Below, in pieces: positions 1 to 13,152 of a stretch of 64,000 bases of DNA. The position numbers and the translations under genes were made by a program. Position 1 is the first letter of the stretch. The number at the start of each line of letters is the position of its first letter. The DNA is taken from contig NC_043021.1 of NCBI RefSeq assembly GCF_006345805.1, forward strand, positions 310,001-374,000, in the 5' to 3' direction. The stretch comes from Octopus sinensis. Taxonomy: Eukaryota. The notes beneath the pieces were generated by a model. That model was given only the letters and a program-made list of their open reading frames with translations, searched no databases and was not told where the DNA came from.

Positions 1-105
1 ACAGATAGAATAAGTTCTAGGCTTAAAAAAGTAAATCCTGGGGTCAATTTGTTCGATTAAACAAAAAGACACTAAGGCGGTGCCCTCAACCAGTCAAATG
101 ACTTA
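1..105 (+). mobile_element. 3' tail of SINE family A (partial)
   Basis: GATAGAATAAGT.CTAGGCTT...CCTGGGGTCAATTTGTTCGA...GGCGGTGCC...CAGTCAAATGAC matches the tails of the full copies at 35244-35658 and 61051-61512. Confidence 0.8.
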
Positions 106-121
106 AGCAGATGAAAGAATA

Positions 122-204
<83 letters not shown>

Positions 205-226
205 TGTTTGTATGTATGTATGTATG

Positions 227-264
<38 letters not shown>

Positions 265-344
265 CAACAAACAATGAAAAGGCCAACACCGGAGAACAAA
301 GTTTGACAAATGCGGTTTAGTTTAACGTTTCAATAGAAAGAGGA

Positions 345-399
<55 letters not shown>

Positions 400-2196
400 T
401 GCACATGTCATATAAATAGACAGAGAGAACGAGAGAGAGAAAAGCGTAAGTAAATGTACAATTTATATTAGAGTATACATACATACAAGTATATATACAG
501 CGATGGATTATCATTAAGCAAAATAAGCACGTGCTTAGGGTATCAAGGGAGTTGGGTGGGGAGTCAACACAAAAACAGTAAATGGCTTACAGCACAAAAG
601 AAATCACTTGAAACTTGCTAAAATAATATTCGGGATGGATGCCTTGTCTCTACTAAGTATCGGAGCAGATGTGTTTCGTAAGATTAATTTTGAGGATGCG
701 ATCAAATACTTTGCAATTAAACAAAGTGGGAGAAAACTTTTCAGATATAAATAAAGTGGAAGAGTATACCGAAATAAACATTTTTGCATTTTATTTCATA
801 GATTGTTACTGTTTATATTTTGTTTTTATATACAGAGGAAGAGCAGCGAAATCTTTTTAGTGCTTAAGGTCTCTTTGGGTCTTAATCCGGCCGTGCGTAT
901 AGATAGAGATAGAGAGAGGGAGAGAGAGAGAAAGAGAGAGAAAGAGGGAGAGAGAGAGAAAGAGAGAGAAAGAGAGAGATAGATAGATAAATAGGTGGGT
1001 AGATAGATAGACAGATGCATGCATGCATGCATACATACATACATACTTACATACATACATACATGCATACATACATACATACATACATACATACATAAAT
1101 ACGTAAGTAGGTATGTATGTATGTAGGTAGGTAGGTAGGTAGGTAGGTAGGTAAGTAGGTAGGTAGGTAGGTAGGTAGGTAGGTAGGTAGGTAGGTAGGT
1201 GGGTAGGTAGGTGGGTAGGTAGGTAGGTAGGTAGGTAAGTGGGTAGGAAGGTAGGTAGGTAGGTAGGTAGGTAGGTAAGTAGGTTCGGGTGGATGGATGG
1301 ATGGATGGATGGATGGATGGATGGATGGGTATCCTCCAAAGTGCAACAAACTTTTGTTTATATTTAATCTAAATAGCGAAAACCCTTACGCCGATATAAT
1401 ATCATACCACCGTAATCATAGTTCAGTAACACCAATTAACATGAATGGTTTAGGGATGGGGGAGAATTTGTTGTTGTCTCAGTCTGGATGAAGGGACAGT
1501 GCCCAAAGCCTTGAATAAGCCTTGTGAAACAATGAAATTGGCACGCTTAATGTTCCACTTCAATATTTGCAGAAGGGAAATTCCGCAGAGATATGGGTCT
1601 CTATGCCTGCGTGTATGCGTGTATGAGTGTATATCTACGTGTATGTGTGTAGGTATTTACATGTGTGCATGCGTGTATGTACGTGTGTGTATAAGTGTGC
1701 TTGTGCCTGTGAGTGAGTGTGTATATAAGAATTATATAAACGGTACAACTTACATAGATATAACAGCCTCGATTTACCGAGTTGTTGTTGGTAAACTCCA
1801 CAAACAACGATAACGTTGCTGTCGATATCAACACAACTATCTCTCTGCTTCTCTCTGTCTGTGTCTATCGATCTACATGTGTGTGTGTGCATGTGTGTGT
1901 GCATGTGGGGGTCGGGGAGTATATATGTATAAGCGTGTCTAGGCGTGTGTTGAGATGGGATGTAAAGGTTATTCTCATGTATGTGTGTATGTATGTGTGT
2001 GTGTATGTATGTATGTATGTATGTAAATATAAACACAAATACACTCGCCAACAACACGACATAAGTTAAACGGCAAAATCGATGCAAATGTCGCTGATTA
2101 AATTCATGTTGCGTTTCTCGAGGTTCGAATTCTACCAGGGATAACTTTGTGGTGGACGCACACACACATATACACCGAAGGTAGCTAGCTAGCTAT

Positions 2197-2237
<41 letters not shown>

Positions 2238-2271
2238 GAGGCAGATAGACAGACAAACACACACACACAGA

Positions 2272-2395
<124 letters not shown>

Positions 2396-2424
2396 GAGGC
2401 AGATAGACAGACAGGCTCATAGAT

Positions 2425-2479
<55 letters not shown>

Positions 2480-2637
2480 TATAGACAGACAGACAGATAG
2501 ATAGATAGGGAGAGAGAAAGAGAGAGATTCTTTCTAAACACATAGAGGGTTTCATAGATATTTAAACAATTAAATCAGTGTGATGATTTACTCGTAAATC
2601 AATAAATTGATAGATCGATACATGTAATACATAATAC

Positions 2638-2687
<50 letters not shown>

Positions 2688-3134
2688 CACACGGAGAGAG
2701 AAAGAGAGAACTCACGGAAAACTTCCACTCCATTCCGCGTGTTCCGTATAACGAGAATTCCATAAAATAGTTGCGGCGTCAGGTAGTGGAGAGGGATGTG
2801 TGGTGGTGGGGGTGGGGGTGGAGGATGTGCTCTGTTGTTCTAGTCGAGTGACGTAGAGGTTATGGGTGGGTGGGGGTCGTGGCGGGAGCGGGGTTTTTTA
2901 ACGGGCGTCCTATTTGTGCTTTGATTTTTCGCTAACAATGTATTTAAGCTAATATATATGCGAGCGCGCGTGTGTGGAATACATGTTGTGTGTGTGTGTG
3001 CCTATGTATTCAAACATGTGAATGTGTGCGTGTGTGTTATAAATCGACTTGCTTATTTGTGCAAATTACTTACTTATTTATTTTATTATTATTATTATTA
3101 TTGTTGTTGTTGTTGTTGTTGTTGTCGTTATGTA

Positions 3135-3289
3135 GGCGCAGGAGTGGCTGTGTGGTAAGAAGCTTTGTTCCGGGTTCCGGGTTCAATCCCACTGCGTGGC
3201 ACCTTGGGCAAGATCTTCTATTATGGCCTTGGGATAACCAAAGCCTTGAGGGCGGAAATTAGTAGATGGAAACTTAAAGAAGCCCGTCG

Positions 3290-3290
<1 letters not shown>
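3135..3290 (+). mobile_element. tRNA-derived SINE family A, 5' half
   Basis: A-box-like TGGCTGTGTGGTA, B-box-like GGTTCAATCCC, CORE-like GGCACCTTGGGCAAG, then GAAACTTAAAGAAGCCCGTCGT followed by (AT)n. Confidence 0.85.
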
Positions 3291-3323
<33 letters not shown>

Positions 3324-3329
3324 TCTCTC

Positions 3330-3490
3330 TCTTTCCCTTTCACCTCGAACTGCTTGGTCCCATGCCTCCAGCACTCAGACACTCCTCACCCACTCGTCAC
3401 TTTCCTTTCCCCACACCAACCACAATACCAAATCCTTTCTTCCCAGAACATCTTCCTACTGGAATTTTCTCCCTTCTCAAGCCTATTCTA
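3330..3490 (+). pseudogene. Degenerate CR1/L2-like LINE ORF2 3' remnant
   Basis: One frame reads TKSFLPRTSSYWNFLP, resembling the SFFPRT...WN.LP C-terminal motif of CR1/L2/Jockey ORF2. Confidence 0.45.
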
Positions 3491-4522
3491 CTTCTACTAC
3501 TACATGCACAACAAGAAAGCCTGTTATCATGCACCATCGGACTCATACTCTTCGTCTCGGTGCCCTCGACTGGCGATAGTTTTCACCGGGCCTTCTAACT
3601 TTCGACGGATTTGTAAGTTCATCTTTACTCCTCCTGGACACATGTCACCTTCCCTTAGCCCTGGATTAACTCCCCACCTAAGAATGACTACCAGTCCCGA
3701 GCCAGCATCGTTACTAATGCGATTAACCGCCGCCCTTGTCTTTCTCTTCTTTAAATACAGGGATACAAATGTATGGACGAAAATATGTTTACTTATTTTA
3801 GCCTTAATTTTGTTGAGTCTTCGCTCCTCAAAATATATTACGCACTCCTTACGGTTTACTCCACTCAAAAGAGATTTTCACCACCGATTTTCCTGGAGTG
3901 CTCCTTCTAACAGCTGTTTAGATCGCCATCCTTCCTAAAGCCCAAATACATTAATTTTGTCTTTGCTCCCTCTTGGATTAGATCCTTGAACAAAGGAACA
4001 CCATCTGGTTTTTCTCCTAATTCGTTTTTCTCCTCGGAACTCTAAAAGCCGTATCCGTGTAACGACACAGGCAAAACTGACGGTTTTAACTCTACTATTA
4101 TATTCTCTATCAAACATAGTTTTTGGGTGCAACTGTTGTAGTTGTTACCATTATTGTTCAAAATACTTGTTAGACTGTTCGAAATATTTTCTTTTCTACT
4201 AAATGCTCATTTAAATTTTGATATTTTTTTTTAATATTTTAGTTGTATCGTCTAAGATGTAATTTGTTTTGTTATAAGATTTTGAGGTTGAAATGTCGCC
4301 AAAATCTCAAAGCCAATAAAATCTAAATCTACGAAACCAAACCTTTTTCCCTAATCCCCCTACCACCCAACCCTGAGATCGAGGACATATATTCACAGGT
4401 AATTAAATCCTCATTGTACTCCAAAGAAACATGTTTTGTTTGGTAAATTTTAAAATAATCTTATCCGGAGCAAAAAGAATAAAACAGATTTTTAGATGTT
4501 AAATCAATCAATCATTAATAAT

Positions 4523-5065
4523 AATCGTTTCTATTACAGGCACAAGACCTGAAATTTTGAGGTGGATGTGGGGGGCCAGTCGAATACATCGACCCCAGTG
4601 CGAAACTGGTGCTTATTTTATCGACACCGAAAGGATGAAAGGCAAAGTCAACCTCGGTGGAATTTGAACTCAGAAAGACAAGGTGAACAAAATGCCGCAA
4701 AGTGTTTCACCCGGTGTGGTAACGATTCTGCCAGCTCGCCACCAATAATAATCATAATAATGTTTCTGATTGAGGCGCAAGGCGAGCAGCTTTGACCGAA
4801 GGAGGCTACTTTGTAGCATCGACTTGAAATTTTTATTTTATCGACCTTGAAAGGATAAAAGGCACAGATCACCTCAGCAAGATTTCAACACAGAAGGTAA
4901 AAGATCTTAAAAACCGCCAAGCATTTTCCCGGTGCACCAACGATTCCGACAGTCCTCTGCCCTTTTTAATGATTGTTTCAAATTTGGGCACTAGGCCAGC
5001 AATTTCAGAGGGAGTCAGTTTGATGCTTACATTGAATCCAGTCCTTGACTGGTGATTTATATTCG
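4523..5065 (-). mobile_element. Tandem cluster of SINE family B copies (about 4523-4741, 4765-4960, tail 4965-5065)
   Basis: Minus strand GGCGAGCTGGCAGAATCGTTA head, GAGTTCAAATTCC B-box, GAGGTTGACTTTGCCTTTCATCCTTT core, tail CTTGTGCC..AA; repeated three times with decay. Confidence 0.8.
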
Positions 5066-5770
5066 AGAATGAGTAAAAACAGAGAAATATATGTATGACA
5101 TATAACACATTTGTTTAACACGTAGAACCTATCTCTTTTATATAGAACACATCTATTTTATTTTTCATAGAACACATCTGTTTTCAAAGAATATAAACAT
5201 TCTTTGCTTAATCCGTTCGAATAATTATTTGAAATCTTTCACCATATATCCTTGACCTCTCACCAAAACCTCCATTTTTTTGTTAAAAATCCTTTATTCT
5301 TTGATGTTCATAGTTAATGTCAACTTCTGTATTATGAATTAGAACGATGACATACATATTCATTCTTCCGCTAGATTCAAATGTGAATATGTTAATTGCT
5401 TTTTTCATTTCGTCCTTGGAGAAAAGCGTCTTTCAGACGGTGTTTCAATACCTTATGTCTTCTGAGCCAAAGCCACCCCAGGCTAAATAATCTAACAAGT
5501 GCTGTAGCTCTTGTCTATAAATTCAGCAAACATGTCATTTGCTGAAGCCTGTTGATTGTCTGCCAAGCGACAATATTTCGTCAACTGCTTGGTGAACAGC
5601 AAGAATTCAAATGAGGACAAACATATTTATTATCAATACATTCTGGCAAATTCGAACGTGAATATGCTAACTGCAGGTTGTATTTCATCTCTTTTCAGAT
5701 GAATGAGTTTATCAAATGATTTGCTCAATTTATAAACAAGAATCCCAAACTCTTGTTCGATTCATAAGTC

Positions 5771-5839
5771 CGTTTGCAGCTTTGGCTGAGGAGACACAAC
5801 GATGTCGAAACACCGGAGGTCCTAAAGACCCCTGCGGGT
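5771..5839 (+). ncRNA. Type I hammerhead ribozyme (candidate)
   Basis: Stem I CTTTGG(5780-85)/CTAAAG(5822-27); core CTGAGGA (5786-92); stem II GACA/TGTC with 6-nt loop; GAAA (5807-10); stem III AC/GT; GTC cleavage triplet 5819-21. Confidence 0.75.
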
Positions 5840-6847
5840 AATGAAATGAGTGTGTTATGAATACACATTGAAATATTTATATCATAGTTCTCAACCGTAT
5901 TATTTTCCCCTCAACCCAACCATATTTTGCCTTTTTAACTCTTAACCTATAAATACCAGTTTGATAAAAGCTGCAGGAGATGAGAACAGAAAACAAGGAA
6001 GCATGTAGAACTAAAGAAAATATGCGGGTGCGGAAAATAAAATATGGAAAAAATTAAAAATTAGAAAGAAGTATGGAATTTTGAAAAATGATAAATACAA
6101 AGAAAAGTAAAACAGAAGAAAACAAGAAAAAGAAAAATTGAAAAAGAAAACAAGAAAAAGAAAAATTCTTAAATGGAGAGGTGAACTACATGTGAGGAAA
6201 TATCAGAAGACAACTGGGAGAAAAATAAAAAATGAAACGTGAAGCGTAGGAGGGACTTAAGTAGATGAAAAAATACATATATATATATGTAAATAAATGA
6301 TAGCTAAGGAGATGCAATCGAAGATTCAGAGGGTGCAGAGAAAATTGGTTAATGTAATAAAAACGGGTAAGTGAAGAAGTCGCAAAATTTTAAAATGAGA
6401 AATAATCGTGTAAAAAAGAAATCTTCTTCCTTCTTTACCATTTATTTGTTTTTTCCCTTCCCTCCTTCAAAACCAGCACTGGTATCTTCCAACCCACCCA
6501 CATATTCAGAGTTCACACTTTTATACTAACAACCTACAACACCTGACTTACCTGGCCAGTCTTCTCATATCTACTACTCCACTCAACCTTTTAAATCTAT
6601 TTTATATTCCCTCACCTTTCACCTTTATTACTGTTTCTCAATCAGCCACCCACCTCCCTCCTCCTTTCCTTACTACCTACTCACACGCTACTTCCCTTCT
6701 ATAGAGTCTTTCTTTTACTCTCTCTCTCAAATCTCACCACAGCTTCTCCGATTATCACCATTAAGTAGCCGCAACTATTATCACTTCTACGTTCTGTCTT
6801 TGTGTTGCTACATATATGTGCATGTGTATCTGTATATCAGTGTGTGT

Positions 6848-6887
<40 letters not shown>

Positions 6888-6904
6888 TGTATGTGTGTGC
6901 GTGC

Positions 6905-6936
<32 letters not shown>

Positions 6937-7117
6937 GTGTGTGTGTGTGTGTGTGTGTATTGTGTGGTGCGTGCGTGTTGTGTGTGTGTGTATGTGTGTG
7001 TGTGTGGTGGTGTGATTGTGTGCGTGCGTGTGTGTGTGTGTTGGTGTGTGTGTGTGTGGTGTTGTATGTGTGTGCGTGCGTTGTCTGTGTGTGTATGTGT
7101 GTGTGTGTGGTGTGTGT

Positions 7118-7149
<32 letters not shown>

Positions 7150-7639
7150 TTACTCAATACAGACGTATTTATGATTCAGGCTGGTAGTGATATGCTGAGC
7201 GAGTTACACAACAATTCTCAATGCATTGCGATTTACCATTTAATTGGAGGCAGAAAGTAAAAACGTAACAGAAATTGCCAGTGATGATCAAAGACTGGGG
7301 GAAATCATTCCAATTACGAAATGATTTCACAGAAAATTAAATTTGGAGGTTTAGAGTTGGGGAGTTTACACACTGCTAGCGGACAAGTTCAGAACTAAAG
7401 GCTTGTTTCGGTTTTATTATGCCTCATCGGCGAAGTAGCCTTTTCAATCCTTCCTTGATCAATGAATGATTATGTTTGCATAGAAAAGTTACAAATAACT
7501 ACGTCTGTATAATTCACATGATTTCACAAAGCCAGCTAAGTAAAAGTAAACTCGAGTGACAGGCTGGCATGAATTTATATAAATCAAATAGATGGTTATA
7601 TTCTTATAAAGCACACCGGCCCAAACATATATATGAATA

Positions 7640-7761
<122 letters not shown>

Positions 7762-7847
7762 TAATAAAACGAATGGTTTACACCTGGTAGCTTACTGGTA
7801 AAACATGGTCACTTTCAAAGTGAGCGTTAGGTATATGGCAAATGAAA

Positions 7848-8720
7848 GACGGAAGATGGAATATACGAGAATTTATTGGGAAGGCGGCTGATTCATTTAA
7901 GAATCATTATCGTAACCATGTTGCCAGCTTTAAGACAATCAGTAAGAGACATTCAACATATTTGGCAGATTTTGTATGGCGACTGAAAGAGGATAAAATG
8001 AAGTACAGCATTAATTGATCCATAGTAAGGTACGCGAAACCATACAATATAATTTCCAGGCGATGCCATCTCTGCTCCAAAGAATTTCTGTCTATTCTGT
8101 GGAGTAACGGGAAGATCATTAATAGAATTTCTGAACGACTCTCGAGATGCCTACGCGCAAATAAATGTACTTTCACACAATGCAGTGGGAATGAGTTTTG
8201 AGTGACCGTTAACATAATTTCATTTCACAGTATGCATGACTTAAGTTTACTTTTAACCTCAACATTCTTGCAAACAATAAGTAAATAGCTAACTCGCTTT
8301 GTGATCATGGGTGCACCAAACCTCACTTGTGCGTATGCTCCCATTTTCGCGGATTCCTGTATGAGCGAGTGGACTCGCACCATGCAGCTTGCCCGATGGC
8401 GTTTATACATCCGTATCTATTAACGGTTATTTTTAATACTTTTCTCGCTAGATTGCGTGTTCGTTCCTCTTTTTGCCATCTGTGATGATTTTATTTTTGA
8501 TAGCCTGACTGGTTTTCTTTCTACAAAACGGGAAGTTACATTGCTGAACAGTTGTTTTAACGAGTTATATTTATTTACCACCCGACGAAATACATCTGCA
8601 CCACCGGATGCTCCTGAACCAGTTGTTGAGTGTCTCCCACAACAGAGGAACCGATGCTAGATGTGTCGAAACGATAGTCGTGATTAATAAAAAAAATTCT
8701 CGTATATTCCATTTTTCGTC
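7848..8720 (+). mobile_element. Penelope-like element 3' fragment: GIY-YIG endonuclease remnant bounded by inverted terminal copies
   Basis: Frame from 7869: EFIGKAADSFKNHYRNHVASFKTISKRHSTYLADFVWRLKEDKMKYSIN*SIVRYAKPYNIISRRCHLCSKEFLSIL...RISERLSRCLRANK, matching the PLE pattern YIG...FK.RY.NH..SF...WSI...A.PY...RC.LC...NK. Inverted repeat 7848-7874 vs 8694-8720. Confidence 0.75.
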
Positions 8721-8728
8721 TTCCATTT

Positions 8729-8812
<84 letters not shown>

Positions 8813-8855
8813 TATATATGAGATATATATATATATTATTATATATATAGATATA

Positions 8856-8888
<33 letters not shown>

Positions 8889-9019
8889 TGATATATATAT
8901 ATATGATATATATATATATATATATATGATATATATATATGTTATATATTATATATATATATATATTATATATATTATATATATATATATAGAATATATA
9001 TATATAGATATATTATAAT

Positions 9020-9051
<32 letters not shown>

Positions 9052-9109
9052 TTTATAGATTTATAGATTTATTTGTATATAGATTTCTTTATTGTGATCA
9101 AAGGTTTGT

Positions 9110-9318
9110 GTAGATATAAGCTCACTCCCTCCATCAAATCGACATTACCTGTACAGATGCACCGTGTGCCACATGTCAGACGACGAAATGATCGCAAAGC
9201 AACGTGAAATGAAGTGCTTTGTCCAAGAACACAACCGTAACACCCGGTCTGGGAATTGAAACCACGATCTTGCAATCGTGAGAGCAACACCCAAACCACT
9301 AAGCCATGCGCTTTCACA
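9110..9318 (-). mobile_element. tRNA-derived CORE-like SINE family C
   Basis: Minus strand GCGCATGGCTTAGTGGTT...GGTTTCAATTCCCAGACCGG...GTGTTCTTGGACAAAGCACTTCATTTCACG. Confidence 0.75.
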
Positions 9319-9333
9319 TATATATGTATATGT

Positions 9334-9490
9334 GAAGGCGCGTGCTTTTGTGTTTCAGCCATGATTGTAGGAGTTTGGTTTCGATTCCTTTTCTTAAGCA
9401 AAACACTTCATTTCACGTTACACCACTCGACTCAGCTGGCAAAAATGAGTAATCCTGCAACGGACCAACGTTCCTTTCCAGGAAGGAATT
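9334..9490 (+). mobile_element. SINE family C, degenerate, head-to-head with the previous copy
   Basis: GGTTTCGATTCC B-box, CTTAAGCAAAACACTTCATTTCACGTT core. Confidence 0.6.
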
Positions 9491-10724
9491 TGTCCTTGAA
9501 GTCTATATGACTTGCGAAGGATCTCTATCCTCTTTACATAAATATATAAATATGTAAATAATTACATAAATGTGTATGTCTCTCTCTCTCTCACACACAC
9601 ACACACGTATATAAACTGTGATGGCAGTGTTTTGCTTCAATGATAAACTAGAGAATATATGTTTTGAATTTTGCTCAATACTTTATGTACAAACATTCGT
9701 AAAGATATTGCCTGCATTGAGATTTCACCAATGATCGAGTAGTATCTTTCTTTATCTCTCAATGGAGACACTGCTTATAAAGCTATAATACTTCCTAAGG
9801 GCTGAACTAAACTGGAGAGACCAATTTGCATAAACAACACTTTCTTGAAAGAGCGTTTCTTCACAAAACTATTGATGCGTTAACAATGTTTTGTTTTCAT
9901 GTTAGGATGTGTGAAGACTATATCGAGAGACTTTTATCAAGTTTGTGTGTGTATGTGTGTGATTCGGTATGTGTGTATGTTTCGTTATGTGTAAGTGTTT
10001 AGTGAGTGAACGTGTGGGAGATGTGCGTTCATGTGTTACGAGCATGTGACGAGTAGGTTGTTATAGTTGCCGAGTATTTGTGTGTGTCTGTTTAGTGAAT
10101 TGTGACGAGCGGGGTTCCTGTCAAGAAAGTGAACTTTAGCAGAGAGAAAGGGATGAACGACGCCTGCATTGTGTGGTGTGTGTGTGTGTGTGTGTGTGAG
10201 TGTGTGTGCGTGCGTGTGTGTGCGTGCGTGTGTGTGTTTTGTATGTACGTATGTGCTTAGTGTCTATGTGGCATGTGTGCGTTTGTGTATAATGAGTATG
10301 CGATATGTGGGTCTGTCGGTGAGTATTTGCATATTGTAGCATGTGTGTGTGTTGCTTAGTGATTTACCCCACCATCCCCAACACCTGGCTCATGGCTGCT
10401 CCTCTCGTGTAAACGTTCAGAACATATTTCCGGCGTGACGATAAGTTCTTTTTCTTTCCCTGAGTCTGATCAGGAAACACCTGAAGAAGAGACGGTTATG
10501 GTGTTGCCCTCCTTCACCAAATAGTAACAAAAATGGATCACATCCTTACTTCTAAAACACGTACGCTCATTAAACATCATTCCACGCTCGTAATAACCTA
10601 TGTGTGTAAGTCTGCCAGTAAGCGTATACATATATATATGTACACAAAGACACACAGACACACACATGCGCGCGCGCACCTACACACAATCATATAGAGA
10701 AAGAAAAACCTATAGAGATGTGAA

Positions 10725-11242
10725 AGGTGGTGGTGGTAGTGGTGGTGGTGGCGGTGGTGCTGTTGTTGTTGGTGGTAGTGATGGTGGTGGTGTTGGCGGT
10801 GGTGGAGGCAGTGGTGGGGGTAGCGGCGGCGGTGGTGGTGGCGAAGGCAGTGGTGGTCGTCGTAGCGGCGGCAACGGCGGCGGTGGTGGTGGTGGTGGTG
10901 GTGGTGGTGGCAGTGGTGGTGGTGGTGGTTGTGGCAGTGGTGGTGGTGGTGGCGGCGGCAGCGGTAGTGGTGGTGGCGGTTGTGGTGGTGGTGGTGGTGT
11001 TGGTGGGGTGTTGGCAGTGGTGGTGGCGGCGGCAGCGGTAGTGGTGGTGGTGGTGGTGGCAGTGGTGGTGATGGAGGTGGTGGTGGCAGTTGTGGTAGTA
11101 GCGGCGGTGGTGGTGTGGTGGCGGCGGCGGTAGTGGTGGTGGCGGTAGTGGTAGTGGCGGTGGTGGCAGAGATGGCGGCAGGGGTGTGGTGGTGGTGGTG
11201 GTGGTGGTGGTGGTAGCGATGGTGGTGGCGGCGGTGGTGATG
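10725..11242. repeat. Imperfect (GGT/GGC/GGTAGT)n triplet repeat
   Basis: About 500 bp G-rich triplet array; source of the poly-G/V/P/T/H ORFs in the track. Confidence 0.95.
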
Positions 11243-11929
11243 GTTGTTTTGATGGTGTACCCCACGTGATAGAAACCAAGCCATCTACGTTAATGTTATA
11301 TTTGCATTTAGATGTCTCCGCATCGATTCTTGCTGTCTGTCATTTCTGTTTCTGATGTCACGTGAGTCTGAGATGAAGACTGCAACTACTGCCACCAACA
11401 ACACCACCGCCACCAACACCACCTCCACCCCAACAACATCAGCAACAGTCGCACTACTACCACAACCACTATCATACGCCCCGTCACCTAAACAGCCCCA
11501 CCAAGCCACCACCACCAAAGCAACAACCACTACAACAATCACCACCATAATCTTCAACAGTAACAATTACCATATCACCACCACCGCCACGACCATTACC
11601 ATGGACACTGACTACCATGACCGTGACCACTATTCAAATCGAAGGAGCGAAATGCTTCAAAGACTTTTGTCCAGTTTTAAGAACTCCTCCATTCCATCAT
11701 CCTCGACGAGTTTTTTATGAAAGCCGAAGGGATGGAAAACCAAGTTTCACCTGGATGGAATTTAAGCAAAGAGCATAACAAATATTGCAGTCCAAATTAT
11801 AAACACAACCCCATAAGCTCCCTTTTGGCATTCAGGAGGTGCGAGAAGGGAATATGGATTTATGTTTTCCAAGTGATTACTTCGTAGCATACATCATGAT
11901 TCTCTGAGTCCAACATTTCTACTACTCTT

Positions 11930-12001
<72 letters not shown>

Positions 12002-12094
12002 TGTGTGCGTGTGAGCAGAGAAAGAAAGAGAGAGAGGGGGCAGAGAATTAGCAGATGTGATACAGAGAAACTCAACCTACAGTCCGAAATCATT

Positions 12095-12356
12095 ATCGAG
12101 GACTCAGTCCACGGGGTATGGTAGATTTGAAATGCAGGTCCAACAGAAACAGGAAGAAAAGAGTGAGAAGTTGTGGTGAAAGAGTACAGCAAGGTTCACC
12201 ACCACCCACTGCCAGAGCCTCGTGGAGCTTTTTAGATGTTTTCGCTCGTCTTTTAGGTGTTTTAGGTCTTTTCACAACGTCCGGTCTGGGAATCGAAACC
12301 GCGATCCTACGACCGCGAGTCCACTGCCCTAACCACTGGACCATTGCGCCTCCTCA
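12095..12356 (-). mobile_element. SINE with well-preserved tRNA-like head (family C-related)
   Basis: Minus strand GGAGGCGCAATGGTCCAGTGGTTAGGGCAGTGGACTCGCGGTCGTAGGATCGCGGTTTCGATTCCCAGACCGG, continuing into non-tRNA body. Confidence 0.75.
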
Positions 12357-13116
12357 TATATAGGAATATGTAGAGAAAGAACCAAAAACTGAAAATATTC
12401 AGATGAGTATTCATGTACAAGCGTATAGATATTCATATATTTACAGAACAGATTTACATGGAGTACGAAAGATACAGAAAACTAATGGGAAAGGGTATAG
12501 CATTTTAGGTCCGACAGCTGTTTCTGGGTACTCTGAATTATGTAATAGTTCTAATGTTGGCAGATAGAGGGTGCAAAAAGTCAAGAATATGAAATTAATA
12601 ATGGATGCCAATCTCTCCACCCCGAAGACGGAGGCCGGATTTACGGTAATGTCTATATGCAGAATGAACATTAATAAAGCTGCACTTAAAAAGGTCCCAC
12701 TTTAAATGTGAGTGTGCTGGATGAAGAATGATGTTGGAAAGTTAATGTTGAAGAGCTCGTAATTCCGGATTTGTAACGTTAAAGGAAGGAGAGAAGAAAT
12801 CACATCCTGGATAGGTGTAATGTCTACGACAGAGAACTCTCCCTTCTTTAACCAGAACGAAAACAAAAAATATGAATCGATTAACGTTGAAAGTGTGCCT
12901 CACGAAATAAGTAAATAATTCGCGAAGCATCTTTCATTAAACATTTACTAATAGTTAATTGCTTTATTTTATACTATCCATTTAGAGATGGCGTTGTCTG
13001 AGAATCCAGACACAGCGTCAAGTATTTAGCTGACAAATGATATCCTCAGTAAATACATATTGGCTAATATTTATCTTTGATAAACAAACATCATGTTGTA
13101 ATCCTCATATTTTTCT

Positions 13117-13152
<36 letters not shown>

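Noticed and set aside
7930-8220. Merlin/ISXO2 transposase (YL.EF.WR- and TVNH-like words)
   Set aside because: The continuous frame fits the PLE GIY-YIG pattern far better over about 100 residues.
10367-10483. Minus-strand exon candidate VFPDQTQGKKKNLSSRRKYVLNVYTRG..., with others near 14.3 kb and 21.7 kb
   Set aside because: Splice signals are plausible but phases do not chain and no homology was recognised; insufficient support.
12285-12356. Possible tRNA gene
   Set aside because: The tRNA-like head lacks a proper acceptor stem and Pol III terminator and continues into SINE body.
12430-12960. Stop-interrupted protein-like frames (also 14700-14940, 22280-22830)
   Set aside because: Possibly old TE remnants, but no diagnostic motif could be identified.
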